From Nitrosomonadaceae bacterium (GTDB lineage Bacteria > Pseudomonadota > Gammaproteobacteria > Burkholderiales > Nitrosomonadaceae), in NCBI GenBank assembly GCA_919902515.1, contig CAKKRD010000040.1, positions 5,861 to 69,860 on the forward strand: a stretch of DNA of 64,000 bases, in the 5' to 3' direction. Positions 19,559 through 27,925 of the stretch are shown here, one piece after another; position 1 is the stretch's first letter, and each line of letters starts with the position of its first letter. The position numbers and the translations under genes are program-made. The notes below the pieces were generated by a model that was not told where the DNA came from, made no database searches, and worked only from the letters and a program-made list of their open reading frames with translations.

Positions 19559-20101
19559 TTACAGCCGGAGCCACAAGCAGGTTAAAAACTGGACAACTTC
19601 GGGCGTTACGGCATCGCTGTCCGGAGCCACGTCATAGTCGACCATCAGCTTTGCGGCATCCACCAGGACAAGTGTGCGGCCGTTCACTGCCCCAAGGCCG
19701 AGGATATACCGGGTATCTAAATTGGCCGCAAAGTCTGATACCGGCTTGATTTGTTCCGGACTTATTGTCATGATCTCGGTCACGCCGTCCACCGCCATCC
19801 CGATAATCCGTCCAGACAGGTTGAGAACAATTACAGTAGTAAATCGCTGGTATTCGGGACCGACCAGGCGGAGCTTGGGCCGCACGTCTACGACAGGCAC
19901 CATCATGCCGCCTAGTTTGATGACGCTTCTACCCTTGATGAATTCCGGTGCGTCGCCGGTCATGGTTATGGTGTCAAAGCCGTAAATCTCCTCAACTGCG
20001 ATAACACTGATGCCATATTCCTCATTGCCCAGTCTGAAGGTAAGAAATTTGTTGCCGGCGGTGGCTGTGTTGCTGCCAATGTTTTCCTGAGTTGCCTGCA
20101 T
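19559..20101 (-). CDS. cheW: CheW-like coupling protein (divergent paralog)
   Basis: Start MQATQENIG... has GGAGAG upstream. FLTFRLGNEEYGISVIAVEEIYGF...APEFIKGRSVIKLGGMMVPVVDVR. About 30 extra C-terminal residues end at the IS fragment junction. Confidence 0.85.
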   Translation of the reverse strand: MQATQENIGSNTATAGNKFLTFRLGNEEYGISVIAVEEIYGFDTITMTGDAPEFIKGRSVIKLGGMMVPVVDVRPKLRLVGPEYQRFTTVIVLNLSGRIIGMAVDGVTEIMTISPEQIKPVSDFAANLDTRYILGLGAVNGRTLVLVDAAKLMVDYDVAPDSDAVTPEVVQFLTCLWLRL

Positions 20102-20160
20102 CGTTCTCTCCGTTGGTGACTGTGTAGTTGAGTTTTGCCAGAAAATCCATGCTGCATGGC

Positions 20161-22494
20161 TTATGTTGCTGTGCACCATTGTGGCCCGGCCTGTGCTGCC
20201 AGATTGTCACTGGCCACCTTCTTCAGGAGTCGTTCGAATGATTCCGCTGGCATGGGCCGCCCCAAAAGGTATCCCTGAGCCATGCTGCATTGGTACTGAT
20301 TCAGAAGCTGTCGCTGCTCCTCCGTTTCCACTCCCTCGGCGATCACGTTCAAGCCGAGACTTGCCGACATGGCAATGATGGCTCTTACAATTGCTGCATC
20401 GTTGTGGTCGGTGGCGATGTTGCCCACAAACGATTGGTCAATCTTGAGGCTGTCCAGGGGAAACTTCTTCAAATAACCCAGATTCGAATAACCCGTGCCA
20501 AAATCGTCAACTGTGATCTGCACTCCCATGCCCTTGAGTGTTCGCAGGGTTTCCATTGCTCCATTAGGGAGCAGCGGGGACGGCGTAGAACAGCAGGCAT
20601 CGGCACAACCTCCCATCGCTTTTTTATCAAAGGCCGGCATAAAGCAGCTTTCCGTGATCTCGAGTTCCAGAAATTGCGGCGGCAGTCCGCTTCCAGCCAG
20701 CGCCGCGGCCACCATCTGAATCAGGTTGGGTTGCATGAACTGTCGAACGGAAACATTGACAGCTATGCGGATAGGAGGAGCGCCTGCATCATGCCAGCGC
20801 TTCATGCTGGCACAGGCTTCGCGCAGGACCCATTCGCCAATTGGAATGATTAAACCGGACTGTTCCGCAATCGGGATGAACTCGTCCGGCGAGACCAGCC
20901 CGCGTTCGGGGTGCTGCCAGCGCAGCAATACCTCTGCGCCGGCGATCCTGCCGCCGTTCAGTTCAGTCTGGGGCTGATAGAACAGCATCAATTCGTTCCG
21001 CTCCAGCGCGCGCCGCAGATCGTTCTCCAGCGCCATGCGCGCGTGGAAATGGTTGTTCATGCATGCGGTATATAACTGGTAGCCGTTTCTTCCCTGCTCC
21101 TTTGCGTGGTACATCGCGGTATCGGCGTTCTTCATCAGCATTTCAAGTTCGTCCCCGTCGCCAGGGTAGAAGCTGATGCCGATGGAAGCTGAGGTGAACA
21201 GTTCCCGTTCTCCAACCGCCACCGGTGCTTCGAACGTCTGCATAATCTTGTTTACTACGGCAATCGCATCTTCTGGCAGGCTTAAGGATTGCAAGACGAT
21301 GGTGAATTCATCCCCGCCCTGCCGCGCCACCGTATCGTTTTCCCGCACGCTCCGCGCTAATCGTCGCGCAACCTCCTGGAGCAGCACATCGCCGGTCAAA
21401 TGGCCCAATGTGTCATTGATAAGCTTGAAGCGGTCAAGATCAACGAACAATACTGCCAGCATCTGCCGGTTGCGGTGCGCATTGGTAATGGCCGAACCGA
21501 GACGTTCCTTGAACAGTGCCCGGTTCGGCAATCCTGTCAGATCATCATGGAACGCCATTCGATGAAGTCGATCTTCGAGCTTTTTCTGTTTGCTGATGTC
21601 AGTAAAAATCGCGATATAATTCTGCACTTTTTCCTGTTCATCTTTCACCGTCGAAATATTCAATATCTCCGGATAAATGTCGCCATCCTTGCGCTTGTTC
21701 CAGATATTCCCTTCCCACTTTCCCGTTTCTGCGATTGACTGCCACATGGCGGTGTAAAAAGCCTTATCCTGAAGCCCGGACTGGAGAATCCGCGGCGTGT
21801 TGCCGATCAGTTCTTCCTGGGTGTAGCCTGTGATACGGGTCAGCGCAGAATTGGTGGCAACGATGGTACCTTGCGCGTCAGTGACGATAATGCCCTCCAG
21901 GGCATTATCGAATACCGTCGCGGCCAATTTCATCTGGCTTCGCATCTGTTTGATGGAAACCAGTTCACGCTGCGCACTCAAGGCAAAGCCGACATGTTGT
22001 GCGGCCAATATGAGCAGAGCGCGCTCCACCTCGCCAGTGAAGCTGTCCACCGACCCGGAACACATACACAGCGCGCCGATACACCGGTTGCCAACAAATA
22101 AGGGCTGTATGAACGTAGAAGAGATTCGCGCCTTGACGGCGAAATCCTTCCAGACATCACCGTATTCTCCAGCAGACGATACCCCTCCGGCATGAACAGG
22201 TCTCCGCCCGCGGATACAGGCGGCCACCGGATTGTCCGCATCTTCCGTGCCATCCCAGCGCAGAGCCATCTCAGGCAGAAAAGAAGCGGCTTCCCCTTCC
22301 GCTGCCATTACCCTGATGGTTCCATCCGTTTCGGCATAACCTGCCCATGCCATCCGGTAAGGCCAGTGTGAGACCAGCTTTCTACAAACTCCCTGCAGGA
22401 TGTCTTTCTCGTCCGCATGCCTGTTCAACAAGCTATTGTGAATCTGCAGCACGAGGCTCATTAGCAGGTAGTTACGGCTGGTTTCAGGTGACAT
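20161..22494 (-). CDS. GAF-PAS-GGDEF-EAL signalling protein
   Basis: N-terminal GAF-like region, PAS ([33 protein letters not shown]), [10 protein letters not shown], then an EAL domain ([34 protein letters not shown]) with an extra Cys-rich loop. Confidence 0.85.
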   Translation of the reverse strand: [777 protein letters not shown]

Positions 22495-22809
22495 AGATAG
22501 ACACTTCCTTCTTGGAACTCGATATTCGGTTTTCGAATCTAAGAGATATTACGACACAGATATCAGAAACATTTGTCGGAAAATTCTGAAAATTAGGTAG
22601 GATAAATGGTAGTTATTTGTCAGACTTTTCTTACAATCCCTTGGCCGAATTAAGGGTAATATTGACCTGCTCAGGAAGTGCAGAATTGAGTCACAGATTG
22701 AGTTGGTACGCAGTTGTATAATCCTGCGCCAGAGAAGCAAAGCGACACAGGTGGTGACTGTGCCAAGTGAGCGGAAGTCCGCCAGTGACGGGACTACAAA
22801 GGAGATGCC

Positions 22810-24450
22810 GTGACCCAGGATGCAAACAAAAATACGAACCGGCACGCAAGAATAGAGACTGCCGAATCACGCCGTGACATAGAGAAACGGCTGAGAAACC
22901 ATATAATGCAAGCCGAGCCGAGATCACCGGCTGAAACGGCGCAACTCCTCCACGAGCTGCTAATCCACCACATCGAGCTGGAGATGCAGAGCGAGAGATT
23001 GCTGCGCGAGCGATTGAAGGAGATCACCTGCCTTTACTCGATTCGTCACGACATGGTGCTGGAGTCGCCGCTGGATGAGCTGTGCCAGCACATTCTTGAA
23101 CATCTGATCGCGGCGATGCAGTTCCCGGAGATTACTGCCGCCATGATCGAACTCGATGGCGAGCAGTTTGTTTCTGGCAAATACAGTAACGAGCTAGCGC
23201 ATGGGCTGCAGGTGCAAATTACGGTCAACGGCAAGGCCTGCGGCCAGTTGCAGGTATTCTATTGCGAGAATAAACCGTTCTTGCTGCCGGAAGAGCAGAA
23301 TCTCATCAATGCCATTGCGCTCGATCTGCAATGGTGGCTGGAGCGCAAGCAGACAGCGAACGCGCTCGAATCTTCACTGGAGAAAATCAAGATGATTCAG
23401 AGCGCGCTCGACGCGCATGCCATCGTCGCGATTACCGACCGGTACGGGAAAATAATCTATGCAAACGACAAATTCTGCGCCGTCTCCAAGTATTCGCGCG
23501 AGGAACTGCTCGGCCAGGACCATCGCATCATCAACTCCGGCTTTCACCCCAAGGAATTCATGCGGGAGCTATGGAAGACGATTGCGCAGGGACACATCTG
23601 GAAAGGCGAGCTCAGGAACCGCGCCAAGGATGGCTCCTTCTATTGGGTGGACACTACCATCGCGCCATTTCTCGATGCGGCGGGTAAGCCGTATCAATAC
23701 GCCGCCATCCGTACCGAGGTCACCGAACGCAAGCGCCTGGAGCAATTGATGGAAAAACAAATCGTGGAGCTGGCGCGCTCCAATGCCGAGTTGGAGCAGT
23801 TCGCATATGTGGCAACGCACGATCTGCAAGAGCCGCTGCGGGCAGTAACCAGTTGTGTCCAGCTCCTCAAACAACGTTATGAAGGCCAACTTGATGCGCA
23901 TGCCGACGAATTCATCACCCACGCGGTGGACGGCACCAGGCGGATGCAGATGCTGATTAATGACCTGCTGACCTATTCGCAGATCAACGCTGACCAAACC
24001 CCCGTGCCCGTAGATTGCGCGGTATTGCTGGATAACGTGCTGGCCAATCTCGCGACAGCTATTGCAGAGAACGGCGCGGTGGTAACTCATGAACCGCTGC
24101 CCACGGTAAGCGGAAACCCGTCCCAACTGACGCAGATGTTTCAGAACCTCATCAGCAACGCTCTCAAGTTCCGTGGGAAACGTCCGCCTGAAATTCACAT
24201 CGGTGCGGTGCTCAAAGCCGGCGAGTGGGTTTTCTCTGTCGCCGACAACGGCATCGGCATGGAACCGCAGTATTTTGAGCGTGTCTTTCGCGTCTCTCAG
24301 CGCCTGCACACCCGCACGGAATATCCGGGTACCGGCATCGGTCTGGCGATTTGCAAGAAAGTAGCCGAGTATCATGGCGGACGCATCTGGGTCGAGTCGC
24401 AGCCGGACCAAGGCTCCACCTTCTACTTCACCATTCCGGAAAAGAAATAA
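22810..24450 (+). CDS. sensor histidine kinase (GAF-like + PAS + HisKA + HATPase)
   Basis: GTG start with AAAGGAG upstream. PAS (AIVAITDRYGKIIYANDKFCAVSKYSREELLG), H-box FAYVATHDLQEPLR, N-box NLISNALKF, and G-boxes DNGIGM and GTGIGLAICKK. Confidence 0.85.
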   Translation: MTQDANKNTNRHARIETAESRRDIEKRLRNHIMQAEPRSPAETAQLLHELLIHHIELEMQSERLLRERLKEITCLYSIRHDMVLESPLDELCQHILEHLIAAMQFPEITAAMIELDGEQFVSGKYSNELAHGLQVQITVNGKACGQLQVFYCENKPFLLPEEQNLINAIALDLQWWLERKQTANALESSLEKIKMIQSALDAHAIVAITDRYGKIIYANDKFCAVSKYSREELLGQDHRIINSGFHPKEFMRELWKTIAQGHIWKGELRNRAKDGSFYWVDTTIAPFLDAAGKPYQYAAIRTEVTERKRLEQLMEKQIVELARSNAELEQFAYVATHDLQEPLRAVTSCVQLLKQRYEGQLDAHADEFITHAVDGTRRMQMLINDLLTYSQINADQTPVPVDCAVLLDNVLANLATAIAENGAVVTHEPLPTVSGNPSQLTQMFQNLISNALKFRGKRPPEIHIGAVLKAGEWVFSVADNGIGMEPQYFERVFRVSQRLHTRTEYPGTGIGLAICKKVAEYHGGRIWVESQPDQGSTFYFTIPEKK

Positions 24451-24456
24451 CCCGCC

Positions 24457-24912
24457 ATGTACCTTAAAATGCAACCCCGCCCTGTCGTCATCCTGATGGC
24501 CGAGGACAACCCGACCGACGTGATGCTGACCAGGGAAGCGCTGGCCAGCGCCAAGCTGCTCTACACGCTGCACGTGGTTGAAGACGGCATAGAAGTTATG
24601 GAGTTCCTGCGCCAGCAAGGCAAATACGCCGAGGCACCTCGGCCGGACATCATTCTGCTGGATTTAAACATGCCCCGGAGGAATGGCCTGGAAGTGCTGG
24701 CCGGACTCAAAGCCGACGCGAATCTGAAAAATATCCCGGTGATCGTCCTCACCACCTCGAATTCTGATGAGGACGTCGCCAAAGCCTATGAAAACCATGC
24801 CAATTACTACATCAGAAAACCGGTGGACTTTGATGGTTTCACCCAGGTAGTACAGTCGGTGCAGGATTTCTGGTTCCTGATCGTTACTCTACCAATGCGC
24901 TCAGAGCATTAA
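24457..24912 (+). CDS. single-domain response regulator (receiver only)
   Basis: VILMAEDNPTDV...DIILLDLNMPRRNG...PVIVLTTS...KP are CheY-like receiver residues. Lies 6 nt after the kinase stop. Confidence 0.85.
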   Translation: MYLKMQPRPVVILMAEDNPTDVMLTREALASAKLLYTLHVVEDGIEVMEFLRQQGKYAEAPRPDIILLDLNMPRRNGLEVLAGLKADANLKNIPVIVLTTSNSDEDVAKAYENHANYYIRKPVDFDGFTQVVQSVQDFWFLIVTLPMRSEH

Positions 24913-24917
24913 AACTT

Positions 24918-26351
24918 ATGGCCGATAATAGGACTCAAGTTCTGCTGGTCGAAGACAGCCTGACGGACGCACTGTTCGTGCAGGACGCGCTGGTGCACGC
25001 AGTGAGTGAGCAATTCGCCGTGACCCATGTCGAGCGATTGAACCATGCGCTGGAACAGCTGCAGCTACAGCACTTCGACGTAGTACTGCTGGACCTCAAC
25101 CTGCCAGATTCAGACGGTTTCGAGACATTCACCCGGCTTTACAACGCAGCCGAGAACATTCCTGTTGTGCTGTTGACAAATCGAACCGATGAATCACTCG
25201 CTCTGCAGGCGCTCCAAGCCGGAGCACAGGACTATCTGATAAAAGAGAGGGTGATGAGTGAGGGTGGCGTCTTGCCACGCGCCATCCGCTATGCCATTGA
25301 ACGTAGGCGTTCGCAGCAAGCGTCGCACGCGAGCGAGGAGCAACTCCGCGACCTGTTTGACAACACGAGCGACTTCATCCAGAGCATCGCACCGGACGGG
25401 CGTATCCTTTTTGCGAATCGCGCCTGGCGCGAGATGCTCGGTTACTCCGAGGAAGAAATGACCGCGCTGAACATCTTCGATGTCATCCACGCAGACCACC
25501 ACGAGCACTGCGGCGCGCTGTTTCAGCGGCTCATGGCGGGTGAGGACGTGGGGGCAGTGGAATGCACCTTCCAGATGAAGGACGGGCGAATTGTTGCAGT
25601 GGAGGGCCGCATGACGGTGCGCTTCGAGGATGGCCAGCCAGTGGCTGTGCGCGGCATTTACCGTGACGTGACGAAGCGCAACCAGATAATGGCAAAATTG
25701 CAGGCACTGACGGCGCCGAACATAAGAAAAGAAGAAAGAGCGAGTATTTCCCGGGAAATTCATGACGAGCTGGGGGGCACGTTGACGGTGCTGAAAATGG
25801 ACCTGGACTGGCTTGCAAAAAAAAATGTCGCCAACCCCATGTACGAGAGAATCCGGTTCTTGCACCAGTTATCCGGTGAAGCTTTGGATACCGCGCGCAG
25901 AATCTCGCGGAATTTGCGACCCAGTGTACTCGACAACCTCAGCCTCAGCGGCGCTATCGAGTGGCTGGCGCATGAATTCGAACAGCGTCTGAGTATAAGC
26001 TGTCAACTGACCATGAATGCGGCAAATCTTACCCGCCTCGACCAGAAACATGAAACGGAGATTTTCAGGATTATTCAGGAAGCGTTCACCAATATAGCGC
26101 GGCACGCCCAGGCGACAGCCGTGGAAATTGATATTGATGAAACGGATGAAGATATCGTAATCGAAATCAGGGATAACGGCATTGGCATCACCCAACAGCA
26201 GTTATTGAATCCGAAGTCTTTCGGGATTCTCGGCATGTATGAACGCACCAAACAACTGAATGGCAAGTTGAGAATCAGTGGAGCCCCCTCCCAAGGCAGC
26301 ACTGTGCAACTGCGGGTACCTCTCATTGCGCCGCCGGGACAGGTGGAGTAA
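24918..26351 (+). CDS. hybrid REC-PAS-HisKA_3-HATPase sensor kinase (NarX/DegS-type kinase core)
   Basis: N-terminal receiver (VLLVEDS...VVLLDLNLPDSDG), PAS (FIQSIAPDGRILFANRAWREMLGYSEEEM), H-box ISREIHDELGGTL, and ATPase region DNGIGI...GILGMYER. Confidence 0.85.
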   Translation: MADNRTQVLLVEDSLTDALFVQDALVHAVSEQFAVTHVERLNHALEQLQLQHFDVVLLDLNLPDSDGFETFTRLYNAAENIPVVLLTNRTDESLALQALQAGAQDYLIKERVMSEGGVLPRAIRYAIERRRSQQASHASEEQLRDLFDNTSDFIQSIAPDGRILFANRAWREMLGYSEEEMTALNIFDVIHADHHEHCGALFQRLMAGEDVGAVECTFQMKDGRIVAVEGRMTVRFEDGQPVAVRGIYRDVTKRNQIMAKLQALTAPNIRKEERASISREIHDELGGTLTVLKMDLDWLAKKNVANPMYERIRFLHQLSGEALDTARRISRNLRPSVLDNLSLSGAIEWLAHEFEQRLSISCQLTMNAANLTRLDQKHETEIFRIIQEAFTNIARHAQATAVEIDIDETDEDIVIEIRDNGIGITQQQLLNPKSFGILGMYERTKQLNGKLRISGAPSQGSTVQLRVPLIAPPGQVE

Positions 26352-26357
26352 CAGGCT

Positions 26358-26993
26358 ATGATAATCAGAGTCCTGCTAGCTGATGATCATGTGCTTTTCC
26401 GGGACGGGCTGAAACGGATTCTTGGTGAAACACCCGACATCGTAGTCGTCGCCGAAGCGATGAGCGGACTTGATACCTTGGAAAAAATGCGCCAGAGCGA
26501 ATGGGATGTGGCATTGCTGGACGTCAGCATGCCGGATATGGATGGACTGGAAGTGCTAAAACGTGTTATGGCCGATAATGCGGGGCAGCGGGTGCTGGTA
26601 TTGAGTATGTATCCTGAGGACGAATATGCTATCAGGGCAGTGCGCGCAGGCGCATCCGCCTATCTCACTAAAAACAGTCCAATAGATCTGCTCATGTTCG
26701 TAATCCGGCGCCTCGCAAACGGAGGAAAATACGTGAACCCGGAACTGGCCGAGAAGCTGCTGTTCAATCCCGATTTTGCTTTGGGAGCACCGTTGCATTC
26801 CACGCTTACCGATCGGGAATTGCATGTTCTCAGGCGTATCGTCGCCGGACAGCCCTTGACTGTAATAGCGGGGAAACTGTCGCTCAGCATAAAAACCGTG
26901 GGCACTTACCGTTCCCGTATCCTGAAAAAGATGAACATGCAGAATAATGCCCAGTTGATCCGCTATGCGGCCGAGCACCAATTGACGGAATAG
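26358..26993 (+). CDS. NarL/LuxR-family response regulator
   Basis: Receiver (VLLADDHVLFRDG...VALLDVSMPDMDG) plus a C-terminal LuxR HTH (LTDRELHVLRRIVAGQPLTVIAGKLSLSIKTVGTYRSRILKKM). Confidence 0.9.
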   Translation: MIIRVLLADDHVLFRDGLKRILGETPDIVVVAEAMSGLDTLEKMRQSEWDVALLDVSMPDMDGLEVLKRVMADNAGQRVLVLSMYPEDEYAIRAVRAGASAYLTKNSPIDLLMFVIRRLANGGKYVNPELAEKLLFNPDFALGAPLHSTLTDRELHVLRRIVAGQPLTVIAGKLSLSIKTVGTYRSRILKKMNMQNNAQLIRYAAEHQLTE

Positions 26994-27062
26994 CCGTCTG
27001 CCAACCCAAGCTTCGCGGCCCCACTCCTGTATCATTGCAATAAAATCAGCAAGGTTGCCTGC

Positions 27063-27545
27063 ATGAACGAATTCGCGTTTGCCAGAGTGCTGCATGTGCT
27101 GGGCGTGGTGCTGTGGATCGGTGGCGTGGCGATGGTCACCACCATCCTGTTGCCTGCTGTAGCGCAAATGAAATCCGCCGCGGAACGCGTAGAGTTTTTC
27201 GAGTGCATCGAGCGCCGCTTTGCTACGCAAGCACGCTACACCACCCTGCTCGTCGGCTTGAGCGGTTTCTACCTGGTGCACCTGCTCGATGCCTGGAGCC
27301 GCTTCGCTGAACTGCGCTTCTGGTGGATGCACGCGATGGTGCTGGTGTGGCTAATCTTCACCTTGATGCTATTCGTGCTGGAGCCGCTGGTGCTACAGCG
27401 GCAGCTTAAACAGCGCGCACAGCGTCATCCGGAAAAAACTTTTGCACTGATCCAGCGCATGCATTGGGTGCTGTTGAGCTTGAGCCTGATCGCTGTGGCC
27501 GGTGCGGTGGCAGGCAGTCACGGCTGGATGCCGTCCGGGAGCTGA
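27063..27545 (+). CDS. conserved 4-TM integral membrane protein, function unknown
   Basis: 160 aa with four hydrophobic helices. I recognised no diagnostic motif. Confidence 0.6.
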   Translation: MNEFAFARVLHVLGVVLWIGGVAMVTTILLPAVAQMKSAAERVEFFECIERRFATQARYTTLLVGLSGFYLVHLLDAWSRFAELRFWWMHAMVLVWLIFTLMLFVLEPLVLQRQLKQRAQRHPEKTFALIQRMHWVLLSLSLIAVAGAVAGSHGWMPSGS

Positions 27546-27547
27546 AG

Positions 27548-27925
27548 ATGAGTTATGCCGCATTAAAAATGATTCATGTCGCCAGCGTGATCCTCAGCTA
27601 CCTGCTGTTTACGCTGCGCGGGGTATGGATGATGCAGGACTCCAGCGCGCTGCAACGGCGCTGGGTAAAGATTGTACCGCACGTGATCGATACCGTGCTG
27701 CTGACCAGCGCCATTGCACTGGCCATGACAATACAGCAGGATCCGTTAAACAATTCGTGGCTCGGCGCCAAAGTTGCCGGGGTGCTGCTCTATATCGGTC
27801 TCGGTATGGTAGCATTGAAACGCGGCAAGACCCGTAAAGTCAAAATCACTGCATGGGTTGCGGCCCATGCAGTGTTTTTTTATATCGTGCTGGTCGCGCT
27901 GACCAAGAACCCTACAGTAATTTAG
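27548..27925 (+). CDS. SirB2/YchQ-family membrane protein
   Basis: MSYAALKMIHVASVILSYLLFTLRG...HVIDTVLL...AKV..VLLYIGLG pattern of the SirB family. The ATG lies 3 nt after the upstream stop. Confidence 0.65.
   Translation: MSYAALKMIHVASVILSYLLFTLRGVWMMQDSSALQRRWVKIVPHVIDTVLLTSAIALAMTIQQDPLNNSWLGAKVAGVLLYIGLGMVALKRGKTRKVKITAWVAAHAVFFYIVLVALTKNPTVI

Noticed and set aside
19389-19637. ORF 19389..19637 (+) as an intact gene.
   Set aside because: Only residues 13-56 resemble an IS630 transposase N-terminus. The remainder is antisense to cheW and unrelated. I treat it as a relic fragment.
22690-22722. TATAAT at 22717-22722 as the promoter of the histidine kinase operon.
   Set aside because: No acceptable -35 element lies at 16-18 nt spacing, and the TG is not correctly placed for an extended -10. 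I leave it unannotated.
23569-24618. Long antisense ORFs opposite well-supported genes. Examples: 23569..24618(-), 10218..11285(+), 54754..55812(+), 50373..51389(-), 30282..31139(-), 59533..60135(+), 28462..29136(+).
   Set aside because: Each lies entirely within a gene whose product has clear family motifs on the other strand. Their translations are Arg/Gly/His-rich with no recognisable motifs or RBS. They are typical shadow ORFs of GC-biased coding DNA.
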